A model generated the notes under the pieces. The model saw nothing but the letters and a program-made list of their open reading frames with translations, had not been told where the DNA came from and did not search any database. A stretch of DNA of 51,690 bases, filler included, from Sphacelaria rigidula (Eukaryota): NCBI GenBank assembly GCA_964200075.2. It is 4 parts of 4 records of this genome, joined end to end, with 100 filler letters (N's around TTAATTAATTAA, not from the genome) between each part and the next. Parts side by side here need not be neighbours in the genome. Positions count along the whole stretch, not along the records: positions 1 to 12,851 come from CAXNAA020003360.1; positions 12,952 to 25,798 come from CAXNAA020003361.1; 2 more parts are not named here. One strand, 5' to 3'. The position numbers and the translations under genes were made by a program. Each line of letters begins with the position of its first letter. Positions within the stretch are counted from its first letter, which is position 1. Shown in pieces: positions 12,616 through 23,900 of this stretch.

Positions 12616-12851
12616 TAACTCTTTTGGGACCGGACCCCCACTAACACAGGGTTGACCCAACCCTGTGTTAGTGGAATAATAAAAAATAAGTCTTCGAGCG
12701 ACCTACCCAATCACAGCGAGGCGAAATTCAGCGACCAGACCCGAACGACCAGCGCGGAGATTGTTGTCGGATGTGATACCACTCTAAAGATCATGTGGGG
12801 CCCTATCCCTGGCCCAGATAAGCCTTTCCAGGTTTCCAAATGCAGGGCGGT

Positions 12852-12951
12852 NNNNNNNNNNNNNNNNNNNNNNNNNNNNNNNNNNNNNNNNNNNNTTAAT
12901 TAATTAANNNNNNNNNNNNNNNNNNNNNNNNNNNNNNNNNNNNNNNNNNNN
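12852..12951. other. Artificial contig linker
   Basis: N44-TTAATTAATTAA-N44, giving stops in all six frames. Confidence 0.98.
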
Positions 12952-13065
12952 GGTCATCATCCAGGATCCTACACATGCTACATTTACTACGCCTTGGTGT
13001 ATTTTGGCTACAAATCGAACCCCGTTCTCTCCACCCTAATGGCGAAATTCGGACCATTCCACCAC

Positions 13066-13668
13066 CGTGGCGCGGCGGAACAAAAATATGTATTTCAGCA
13101 TTCGTATGCTCAACGTGAATGTTGGATGAATGCTTTGATGCGCGTCGCCGAGGATGACAATGGTGATGTCATTGTTTTGGTCGATTGGGACAGTCTCGTT
13201 GCTGAAGAACGTACGTGGGATTCTCTTCGCAAGATGTATTCCTTTACGCCTGAATCTGTCATGAAGGAACTGCGTAAACTGCGGTTGACTCGGGCGATGA
13301 CAAGTAAATTGGCCTCGGAGTGTGGTATTTCTTTGTGTTCTGGCGCATGCGATTTCGCCTTGGTTTTTGTTGGTTGTCAAGCCCGTTCGTTTGTCTTGAA
13401 CTCGCTTTGAGGGTGCTGTAGCCAAACGATACGAAGCCGTAGGTTTCAGTAGAATCGCACGCATGGTTAGAGCAGTGGCACGGGACAGGGGATCCTGGAT
13501 CGATGGTCCTTTTCTGCGTGGCCCTTGCTGTCTAGCTCGGGATCTGTTGAGGATCACTCCGTGACAACAACAAGTTAGAAGGAAGGACTTGTCGAGCACG
13601 AGGCCGGTGACACCGGAGGAGTCCCTCGTTGAAAGTCCTGTTGTCCAGATCGTCTGGCAGAGGCTATA
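13066..13668 (+). mobile_element. Inverted 3' part of Gypsy element A: chromodomain-like integrase tail, PPT and 3' LTR
   Basis: Encodes ...VFQHSYAQ...VLVDWDSLVAEERTWDSLRKMY...KELRKLRL. Purine-rich gagggtgc at 13409-13416 precedes the LTR TGTAGCC...GGCTATA. Confidence 0.88.
13417..13668 (+). repeat. 3' LTR of Gypsy element A
   Basis: 252 bp, the reverse-complement homologue of 19178-19446, with near-inverted termini TGTAGCC / GGCTATA. Confidence 0.9.
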
Positions 13669-13728
13669 GACTTCACGGTCGGCGAGGGAAAGGGACTGTG
13701 GAACCCCTCTCGAGATTAAACAAAAAAA
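13669..13728 (+). mobile_element. 3' half of the tRNA-derived SINE split by Gypsy A
   Basis: Begins with the TSD GACT, continues tcacggtcggcgagggaaagggactgtggaacc and ends in an A-rich tail (ttaaacaaaaaaa). Confidence 0.6.
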
Positions 13729-13889
13729 GGCGAGAACCAGCAGGAAGGTGGAGTACTGAAACGATGATATAAAAAACTCCTGTCTTGACCTTCCTCCTGT
13801 TATACCCCAGCTAATACGCCCACATAGATGTACCGTAAGGTGTAGACTGGCGTCCAGAATAAGTGGGATGGCAACCCACAACAAAAAAA

Positions 13890-13985
13890 GCCGCTCGCCG
13901 TGGTAGCTCAGTTGGTAGCCCAAGGGTCTCTCGTAAAAACATTTCGGGACACGTGGGCCCCAAGTTCGAAAATTTGAGTTTCTGA
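13890..13985 (+). mobile_element. tRNA-derived SINE head
   Basis: gccgctcgccgtgg followed by A box TAGCTCAGTTGGTAG and a degenerate B box (aagttcgaaa). Start resembles the SINE at 19603. No cloverleaf. Confidence 0.55.
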
Positions 13986-14303
13986 GGGGGGGGGGCGGGG
14001 GGGGGAGGGGGACAACCAACCTGCTGTCCCCTAGTTTACTGCCGAGGCGTTGACCGATGCGGTCAGCTGCCGTGTATAGATCGGATGCGGTCCGCTGCCG
14101 TGGGCAGAGATCCCTGGCATGGAGACCGCTGAGATGACGGACACACCGCCCGTCCAAGCTCATCATCACCTATCATGATTACACTTACGGGATCATGTTC
14201 CGTGTCGTGTCTCTCGACTACCTACCGCTAGTCCGGGCAAATTTGACGAGACGTGAGATAATGCTACTACTTTGACTACAGGTTGTCGCTACCGTACACT
14301 CGT

Positions 14304-17300
14304 GTGCAACTGCGAGTCAGCATAGAAACGCAAACGAGCGACATGGGCCGAGTGCACGGCGCCAGAAACGATGTTCTGCACCGAATACACGTGAGCGTGA
14401 TCGGCTTCGACTACTCGCCACGGACTTGTCCATGTGGACATCAACTTGGTGTCACACCTTGCCTACGAACACGGGCATACAACACGAAATCGCCAACTGC
14501 AAACTTGCGCAACACAGCCTGGCCCTGAGCAAGCTTGAGTTTGGTTTTGCGAGACACCGCGACAGCAGCTTGCACTTCGTGGCAAAACCGCACTTGCTCG
14601 TCAACCACGCCTCGAACCTTGTCACGCAACGTATCAGCATCCATGGCATCGACGTTCCACTCGCCGCCAGTGACAGAAGCCAGCGCGGAAAATACTGTAT
14701 GCGGTGCACGCCCAAACATCACACAATACGGAGTGTCACGGTAGCCTTCACGAAACGAAGTATTCAACGTCCACTGAGCGGCTGGCAAAACATCAACCCA
14801 TCCAGACACCGGCCGTCTTTGTTCCGACAAAACGGACTGCAACGCACGAATAACCTCTTTCACCATGCGTTCACAAGCACCATTCGACCGAAGGGTATAC
14901 GCAACAGCAAATTGGTGTTGCACCTCGAGCGCGTCGCTCAGCTACGCGATCACTCGATTCTTAAAGTGCGTGGCGGTATCACTAATCCACACACGCGGCA
15001 CCCCCAAAGTCTTGCACCAATGAAGTAAGTGCTTAGCCGTAACCTCGACGGTGCAAGCCCCGGTCGGCTCCGAGCAAACGAAATTGAACAAATCATGAAT
15101 GTAAACCATATCGTACCGAAACCCGTCCTCATCAGGCAAACCATTAGTGCCTTCGGGTCCGCTACTTCCGACGTACAGAAAATCAAAGTGAACAACTTCA
15201 CCTGGCGCAGTACCATGCACAGTATCGCCACACGGACGAGGTACAATCGCACCAGCACAAGTGTCTACACAATGCAAACACTGGCGAACGAACTCGCGAA
15301 CGTGGGAATCCATGTGAGGCCACACACAGTATTATTTCAAACGAAACAGAGTCGGCGTCATACCACGGTGACCAGCCGACCGCATGTGAGGGCACACCAT
15401 CAAGCGAGTTTGTAGAGCCTTATCATCCGACGGAATCCACAAAACATCACTACTGCCAACACGCACCCAAAGCAAACCCTTGTCAGCCAAGGCAGCTTGA
15501 CTGAAAGTTGTGAAAAAATAATGAACACCGTCGCCGACTGTTTTACGCTGCGCGGTACGAATGATATCTAACAAGGGCAGCGAATCATCGGCATCACACG
15601 GGCTGTACACAGCACCGGAACTAACAGGCACGGTAGGAACCTTCATCCAGCGAGAAAACAAATCTCCCCAACAATTGCACTCTCCAGGAATGTGTTCAAT
15701 GGCATATCGATATTGGCCGAGCAACCTTTCCAACTTTGAAGCCGTTGGGCAATGGTCTTCGTCCCCGATGTGACACCCCCATCGGGGTTAAAAATGTATT
15801 TCAGATTGCGATGATCGATGAAAATGCGAACACCACCTCCAAGCAAGTACTCTAGCCTTTGAAATGTATTGACTATCGCGAAACCTTCTTTGTCCACTGT
15901 CGCCCACCGCAACTGTGAACCCTTGAAGCTACCACTCAGAAAAGCCAACGGCTCGTGTGACATGTTTTCGAGCGCAATGCCACTACTAAACTCGGCGACA
16001 GGCACTTGCGTTAAAAAACTACCTAAATGCAAATCCGGAGCATCTGGAAACATCAGAACAACGCACCCTGGACGAGGATGATATAGCGGCACCGCTTGCG
16101 CCACCAAATCTTGCGCAGCACGCCATGCCCGCACACGATCCTCCGTCCGAGCGTCCTCCGTGATGATACGATTACGCGCCACTCACTTGGTCTGACGCGA
16201 AGCCCCGGCCATAAGTTGTTCCAACAACACACGAAGCGGCGCAACTACTTCCGCCATGAGCGGGAGCGAAGTCCGCAACCACTTCACCGCCTGCAGAAAC
16301 TGCATCAGCTCACTAGCGGTTCGAGGACGTCGCATATTGCTCAAACCTTGGATGCGGACGGGATCACGCGAAACAGCACCCTTGGAGTACACTTTACCAC
16401 ACCAAACCGCTTCACGGGCAAAAAAGGTGCACTTATGCGCAGCGACAAATAGACCAACACTCTCCGAGCGGTCAAGAATTTCGTCAAGCAAAGCTAACAA
16501 TGCTTCTTCGGTTTCAGTAAAATGGAAAACGTCATCCACCCACACTTTACAGTTTAGACCTCGTAAAATGTCAGTGAGCACACCTTGGAAATACGCCGTG
16601 GCGTTCAACACGCCCTGGGGAACACGAGTAGGCGTAAACAAACCGTCAGGCGTGACGATCATAAATATCTCCTGAGCTTCCGACGTCAGAGGCATCCGCC
16701 AATACCCCTGTAGCAGGTCCACCGAGGCATGGGGCTCCCAGCAACTCCCGCACGTGTTCTTGGCTTGGCATCACCCCCGGAGACTGTTCCACTTGCGCGT
16801 TCACCGCCTGATAGTCGCTGACCAAACGGAATGTATCCCTCTTCAGCACCGCCATCGCCAGACTCGCTCACACAGCCCGGATGCTCCTAGCCACTAAACC
16901 AAACGTCACCAAAGCTGCGATAGCAAGCCACACGGTCTTCACCGGATCGTGGCGGCGAGGCTTGGCCTTCACAGCCTCCCTCATGGGCTCTACGCGTGCT
17001 GGCGGATCATCACGTAGCGCACGACGAAATGTATCCACGCAACAAGCCAAACTATCACGCAGACGATATGTGCCATCGGCGCTCAGGCCCTTCTACTCTG
17101 CCTGCTGCACGCTATCCTCTAGCGCACGTTCCCTTGCACCTCTCTCCTCCGCCAGGTCCATGAACATATCGGGCCCCCGATCGACCAAGCGCTCCACCGC
17201 TTCATCCGCAGGAGCCTCCACCTCATTGGCGCTCTGGAATGACCGTATGGATACGGTCACACGCCTCGCACCAAGATAGCTGGGGTTCTCTACGCCGATT

Positions 17301-17700
17301 TGCACCGGCACAGCACGCGGGCGTAACTTATCCAACACCAGCGGATACAAATCAATCCCGAGGTCCTTCCTCGTCGCCATTCCAAACAGAACCACGTTGT
17401 CCCTGCCGGGCATGACAGCGAACGTGATGGGCTGCAACTCCACAGCCCCCCACGGTGTACGCACGCTAGCAGTTATCGGCACCGTTTTGTGTGTCACAGT
17501 CACGGGAGCACCCGTGGCGGTCTGTGCCGTTTGTGTTCCATTCTTGAACGAATTGCAGCTGAGCGCCGTCAAAGTGCAAAGGCATTTGCTACAACAACCC
17601 CACACCGATCGATATGAGCGCGAACCCAGAATCCAGACTAACGCGGGCCATGAACGAATCTACGGAACCAGGAAAGGAAATATCTGCGCGTAAACATTCA
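14304..17700 (-). pseudogene. pol: pol (protease, RT, RNase H, integrase) of Gypsy A, fragmented
   Basis: ORF fragments 17589-17792, 17093-17605, 16646-16855, 16183-16722, 15643-16182, 15332-15733, 14942-15325 and 14441-14923 carry the successive domains. Confidence 0.92.
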
Positions 17701-17799
17701 GCCTTGCGATCGACAGGTACCACCCCTGCCGAAGAACCCTGGTCGGTACCAAGAGTCACCTGACGCCAGGGCCGCTCTCCAGCACTTGACATCGATAAC

Positions 17800-18985
17800 T
17801 GAGGATCGGCGGTCCACCCAGACTACGTCGCCGAATATGCAGACGGCGCTGTTACAGCCATCGCAGCAGTGGGAAATGCACCAGACACGGATTCTGCTTG
17901 GCCGAGGGCTTGCGAACTACTCGCTCCAGCACTCCCCACCGAAGTACTTGCATTTCCCACGTACACTGTCCGCCCCGACACGGACGAACCAGAAAATCCA
18001 GAGTCACCACCTGATGACGTCGTGGAAGAAATAGAAGCGGAGGAACCACCATTCGCTGCCGATTGCTTGCTACCGCGGCCGCCGCGCTCACGTCCATGGT
18101 TGGCACGGCCCCGTCCACCGTGACGACCGCCCCGAGATCCTGATGAATCTCGCGCATTGCCCTGAGCAGCGCCTTGAGCGTGAGGCTTGGGGCAGTCCTT
18201 GATCAGGTGTCCGTTGTCGACGCAGTTGTAACACGTGCGAGTGGACAGCGCTCGTGAAGACGGCTGCTGTTTCTGCTGCTGTTGTTGTTTGCGGCGCGCA
18301 CCACCTGCATTTGCCGCAGAGTCGCGCCGGTCATGCGCCTCGATGAACTTGCTGTGGTCGGCGGCATCAAATATTTTGTTAAAACACCACCGTCGGATTC
18401 TTTTTCCAACCGTCTACATACGTTAGTACGCTTCTAACACACGCCTTGAATTCCGGAGGCGAAATACCGTCCACCAAAGCTGTGGAAACCGACTCGACCG
18501 GGCTTGACAACCAGCTCCTGTCCGCCACACGGTACATGGCTTGTATCGTGAGGTTTTCTGCGAAAAACGTTTCCATCGATGAATTGACCATCATCGCTCT
18601 ATCCTTGACGGATGTTCCACCGCTTTGTGGCATAAGAAGAACTTGACGTGGGCCTGCTGCAACCCGCGCAGGGTCATGCTTGCCGCCGGTTGTGGTGTAC
18701 TCGGCATGCTGCTTCACAGCATCTAGCAATTCGCCGGGGGTCATAGCCCGACGATCCTTGTACATGCCTTCAAAGCACCGGTGAACATATGTTGGAATAA
18801 GTTGTCCGATGCTCACCCTGGCATGCCGTATGACTCCTTGTGCATTTTGTCAAATGCAACCTCTCTAAAGAGTCGATATATTTGGCATAGAAAACCTCTG
18901 AGGCTTCCTCGGTCCACACTTCGCCATACTTCGGCGGGCCTAGCGGCTCACCTAACACCAGCGGCGCTGCCGCCACTTGAGCCAT
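17800..18985 (-). pseudogene. gag: gag of Gypsy A, fragmented
   Basis: ATG at 18985 lies about 190 nt after the 5' LTR. Intact CX2CX4HX4C knuckle at 18192-18233. Confidence 0.8.
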
Positions 18986-19177
18986 GTCGTCTAGGATTTA
19001 CCAATTTACGGAGAGACTCTTGCCTGACTTGTGCGTCCACCGACCCACGGAGCGTCCTCCACTGCTGTGCGCTTCAAGTTGCCTCCTTCCGACTGCGGGC
19101 CAAACTGACTTCCAGCTGCGGCCCTTCTCCTCAGTCAAACTCCCCCGACAGAGTGCTAAAAAGAAATGTCTAGATAT

Positions 19178-19446
19178 TATAGCCTCTGTCAGACGATCTG
19201 GGCAGCAGGACTTCCAACGAGGGACTCCTTCAGTGTCACTGACCTTGTGCTCGATAAGTCCTTTCTTCTAATTTGTTGTTATCACGGAGTGACCCTCAAC
19301 AGATCACATCACGAGCCACACAGCAAGGGCCACACAGCAAGGGCCACACAGAAAAGACCAGCAATCCAGGACCCCCTGTCCGTGCCACTGCTTCAATCAT
19401 GCATGCGATTATGCTGAAACCTATGGCTTGGTATCATTTGGCTACG
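19178..19446 (-). repeat. 5' LTR of Gypsy element A
   Basis: Minus strand (C)GTAGCC...GGCTATA, 269 bp with a short internal tandem duplication (gccacacagcaagg). Preceded by the TSD GACT. Confidence 0.9.
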
Positions 19447-19603
19447 AGTCAAACTTTTGTGGATGCCCACGACATAGTCGCTCTCCACCGTTGGGCATGG
19501 TGTGAGAAAAACCCCAGAACGTGCGACTTCACCGAGATTCCAACCCACGACCTCACCGTCAGAAGGAGTCGAGCTTATCAACTGAGCCACGGCGGCGACC
19601 GGC
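19447..19603 (-). mobile_element. 5' half of the tRNA-derived SINE split by Gypsy A
   Basis: Minus strand gccggtcgccgccg, A box TGGCTCAGTTGATA, B box GGTTGGAATC, running up to aagtttGACT at the LTR edge. Confidence 0.75.
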
Positions 19604-19609
19604 TCTCTG

Positions 19610-20950
19610 AAGGTTACGCATATGTGGGGTAGGGAATGAGACTCCTTACAGATTTTGCAGGACCTTCGGGTTCTGCTGTAAAAGTCGTACATAATATGTT
19701 CCAGAAACTGTTGGGTGGGGGTGCGTGTGGGAGGCTTGCAGAACACCCGGAACTTGTCCTGCAGGGTATGTATAAAGGTTGCACAACGCCGAGCCTGCAA
19801 CGAGATATTTCTACACGGGCATGTCCGCTCCCCGGGTAAGGGTAAGCACTTTGTGTAGAACGCACAGAACTGTCGGGTAAGGGTATGCGCGGGGCTTACG
19901 ATACTCACAGAACCATCGGGTACCGGTATGAAAGTGTTACATACCGTCACTCACATAACTATCGGAGGACTATCGAGTAGGGGTATGCAAGCCTTGCAGA
20001 AGTCACAGAACTGTCGGGTACGGGTGATACCCGTGAAAATACCCTGGGTATACAAAGAACCGTACCCACAGAATACGACCGCCACCAACGCCGCCGATGG
20101 CCTGCACCTTGCTACCTGATTCCCTCCTAGTGAAGAAACCGCCCCGACTCGAGCCACCACTCGAGTCTGCGGCGGTGATCCGTCCTGATAATCTGCATCG
20201 CTGCTCATGCTTCGTGTTTCCCCGCAGCGTTGCTTCCCGAAACCCGTCAGTGTACGAAATTTACAAATTTGTTTCCTTTGTGGGTGTGTGGTGTTCAGTG
20301 AAAGAGGGGGGTTTGATCGGTGGGAGTTTGGGGTACATATTCAGGTAATCAAGTGATTGTGTTGGGATTGGTTCAATACCCATACCTCCCCAGGGTTTAT
20401 ACTCGTGCATGCGTCGGGTATATCTACAAGGGTATATCCTAACCCCGGGTAGGGGTATGGGAGGCTCATCGAAGTTCACACCTTGGACAATATATGGTCA
20501 AGAGTTTCAATATACAAGAAACATACTGCATACAGTATAGGTCTATTGCGACTATTGTCGGTCGGCAAAAGTTGCAATAGGCCTATATTTTATGCAGTAC
20601 ACTTTTCGTCTACTGCATCTATTGACCATATATTTTCCAGGGTGTGCAGAAGTTACAGAACCGTCGGGTATCGGTATGACAGGCTGACACAAGGTACATA
20701 ACTTGGCGGGTATAAGGTATGGAGGTTGCACAGAAAACCGTACCCGCAATCGGGCATTTTATACGTGTGCACCCGTGCCCCCGGGTAGGGATATGGGAGG
20801 CATACAAAACTCACAGAACTATCGGGCACGGGTATGGAAATCTTACAGAAAGTACACAATTGTCAGGTACCGGCCCGAAAGTCTTACGGAAGTCACAAAA
20901 CTGTTGGGTACGGGTGATACCCAGAAAAACACCCCGGGTATTTTACATTA
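19610..20950 (+). repeat. Degenerate ~40-bp minisatellite-like array in two blocks
   Basis: Recurring motif cagaa(c/g)tcacagaactgtcgggtacgggtatg (e.g. ~19856, 19998, 20648, 20805, 20888). Both blocks end gggtacgggtgataccc..aaaa.acc..gggta. Confidence 0.8.
20477..20646. mobile_element. CACACCTTGGACA-TIR MITE inserted in the minisatellite
   Basis: Ends cacaccttggacaatatatggtcaa...ttgaccatatattttccagggtgtg. Flanks tcgaagtt / cagaagtt. Confidence 0.88.
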
Positions 20951-23900
20951 ATCGTACGCTAGAGAACATGACCTTGCACTTTCCTAGGTTGCAAAAACTG
21001 AAATCGCCGTTGTTGGTTGCGCTTCGAATGATGGGGCTTGGATGAGAAATTTTCCGCGGCTTCTTCTTTTTCCGCTAGCAAAAGTGGAACTCCGACCGTT
21101 TCATGTAAAACGGATTTGACCTACCCGCTATAATCAATCAATGCGAACTATTGTCCACGATCTTCCCTGCTATACACCGCACAGTAGTAGACCAGCGCGG
21201 AAAGCCCCCAATGATACCACATGTTTTTATTATCAAAACAGTACCACCATCACCAGTATTCATTCCCCGTAGAACGGCAAATTTACAACTTACTTTATTA
21301 CTTTACCAGCTGAGCCGGTACCCATGAAGTTGGAAAGGACACCATAAACCCTGAAGGTCAAAACTCATGCTTTCAGGGGGTGGCATACGGGGAACATCAT
21401 GCGCCCACTTCGTGCAGGGTCATCATCCCGTGCGCGTATGTCGATATCATTTTTGTACTAGTACGAGATTTCGACTAAGCACACTGGATTTTCTGTGTAC
21501 GTGTGTGCATGTGTGCTTTTGCTTTCTTTTGCAAACGGCTTTTTTTGCCTGAAGCCACGGCGCAGGAGCCGGCATTATGTAGGTGAATTTCGTTATTTTC
21601 TATATTTACTGGTTAGTTCTGCTAGTTCTTCTCCGTTCTTTCCTTGCTTCAATCATGTAGTTTCATCTTCGTTTCATTTGTTTTGTTTTTTGTTTCTCAC
21701 TTCACCCCGTTTGCTCTGTCCAGTCGCTGTTTCCACTAGTTTCGCCCTTAGCAAGCGTTCAACAACCTTCCGTCAAATTGAGTCTCGCGTTGCTTTGGGG
21801 TGAGCTTTTAACATGAACACCTTGTTTTCATGTGTTCCATGAATGAATGAAACGCTGATGTGTCTGAATATCGAGTGTAATGATGCCGATTCAACCTACC
21901 ACCTACCCTAGCGGTAAAAGAGTGAATACAAATGACGTTGCGGGACACGTTAGATTGAGAGTCATTAGCTGCACGAGTATTAATGGGGAACGATGCGTTT
22001 TGTTGAACCAACATTAGAAATAATGGGAATGAGGATATCCTCCCATGAAATATCCCTCTCATGAATACGACGTTGTACATTGATCATTAGGTTGCGATTA
22101 TCAGTCGCACATAGTGGCATGTATTCCAAAGAATGTTCTTCCAATGAATACGTTGAATGTGAGTTCAGGGTATCAACCCATCGCAATGTCAAAGAATCGT
22201 ATGTTGGCGATTGTTTGCTCGTGAATAATGTATCTAACGGCCAACTCTTTGGAACGCCGATCCTTCAATCGCTAGTGTTGGCAAGCTAGGTCACGCAGTA
22301 ACGTTTCATGTGAAGATGATGCTGATCCCACTATAATACAACTCTGGCGTTGAATGTACGCTTGTGGGATCGACATTATTTTCACATATTTTCAAGAGAA
22401 GGTGAAGTGAAAAGCTCACTCTCAATCGAATGCTAGTCTCTCAGTCTGGCGAACGGTTGCCGTCCATGTTTTCCGGAGTGAAAGACGGACACTTGGATCA
22501 TCTTGCAAATAGAGTCGTGGGGCTTGCAGCACAACCACGCGGGGGGGCGAACCTAACGTTGTTGCCATCGCTATCTGCGACAGCTCTCTTCCTCCGAATT
22601 TGTGTCATGTGTTTTTGCCCAAACGGTTGTGACTTCCAAGTTGCGAACACGAAGCGAACTGCTTCGAGAACTAGAATCAACACCATCCATCCGGAAACCA
22701 TGTGAAACCGTTTAAGGCTACAGAAGAAACAAGATGGATTTGTCACGTACCATATCAGGTACTGTATATGTACACATACATACCTGGTTTCTCTAAACAG
22801 TATGTTCGCTACCACCTCTCCTACCTGGCATTGTTTGTGTTCGACGCGTATCTGTTTTCCCGATCACTACTGTAATATTTTCAATTTCCCAACTTGACCT
22901 CGCCCACAGGTGAAACAAATATCGACTGCAGGGATTGATTAAAAAAAACGGAGAGATCAATTCTATCCACAGCTTGGTCGCACCGCGCCTAAATTCAAAC
23001 AGTCTCCGTAGATCGAATTCCCGTTATGTTTTTTCAGAGCGGGGAACTCTCACTTGTTTCCCACAGCTTTGACCTGAACGGCGAAATGTTCGATCAATTT
23101 ACCCCGAACACCTCGTCAAGGCATACCCTGTTTTCTAGATCTTGATATTGAGTTGGGGTCGCTCAACGAGGAAAGCAGGGGTGGGGATGCTGGACGTATG
23201 GCATGTCTTCCCTCGCGAGCATAGATACGTACGAATCATGCCACACGCTTCGAGTAAGAATGAGACTCGTGTTACCCCCTCAGAACGACTCCTCCATCCT
23301 CCCTCGTTCACATTTCCATGTTTTATGGTATCTTCGTCTGCATTACATCGGATGTCGAGTTTGCGATAAGTTGTTGGAAGGCGACAAAGTTTCGTGTAAA
23401 AGTACGTACTTGGTCGTGATTTGATGGTGGTATTCTGAAAAAAAAATCAATTGCAAACGACGAAAAAAAGTTTCGACAAAGTAGCGATGATCCAAGAATA
23501 TAGGGGTGTGTAAATCCCGAAATATTTTGAAAAGAAAGAGCATACGATAAATATTATTCAAAAAGCGAAAGCATCGCATGAAACCCTAAAAAGCGATGGC
23601 TTCAAGAAGACGATACAACCGAACCAGGGAAGTGTGGTACATGAAATCCAAATAGTACGTTTAATCCAGCATAGGTCAAAACACAACAGCCCCCTTCCTT
23701 CTGGAGAAGAGAAATGATACAACCGGCCCGCGAAAACACGCAAACGCTGACACATTATCTATTTGGGCATTTTCTCCCATAACAAATGAACGCTTATCTG
23801 ACTGGCTGGACGGAGCTCAGACGGGAAGGGGGCGAGCTGGGCATTGTGACGGACTGCATGCACCCCACCACCTCCGGCAACAGAGACTTCGATTTCAGGG

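Larger units (their letters stand above)
14304..19446 (-). mobile_element. Ty3/Gypsy LTR retrotransposon A (5' LTR-gag-PR-RT-RH-IN), decayed
   Basis: Gypsy domain order: Gag knuckle CYNCVDNGHLIKDC (18192-18233), protease SLDSG, RT (RLVSDY, DLLQGYW, PQG, VWVDD), RNase H (FPDA, DKEGFAI, IDHRNL), integrase (HMRSAGH, CLHC, HFDF, ISD, NGACER), then a GPY/F-like KLMSTWTSPWRV. Many frameshifts and stops. Confidence 0.96.

Noticed and set aside
13036..14169. 377-aa minus-strand ORF
   Set aside because: It runs antisense through a SINE, the LTR and the chromodomain; a chance ORF.
13890..19603. tRNA genes at 13890 and 19603 (also ~26320)
   Set aside because: A/B boxes are present but there is no acceptor stem or cloverleaf, and they run into SINE bodies.
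19610..20950. CRISPR-like array
   Set aside because: Units are degenerate and contiguous, with no unique spacers, no cas genes and a eukaryotic context.
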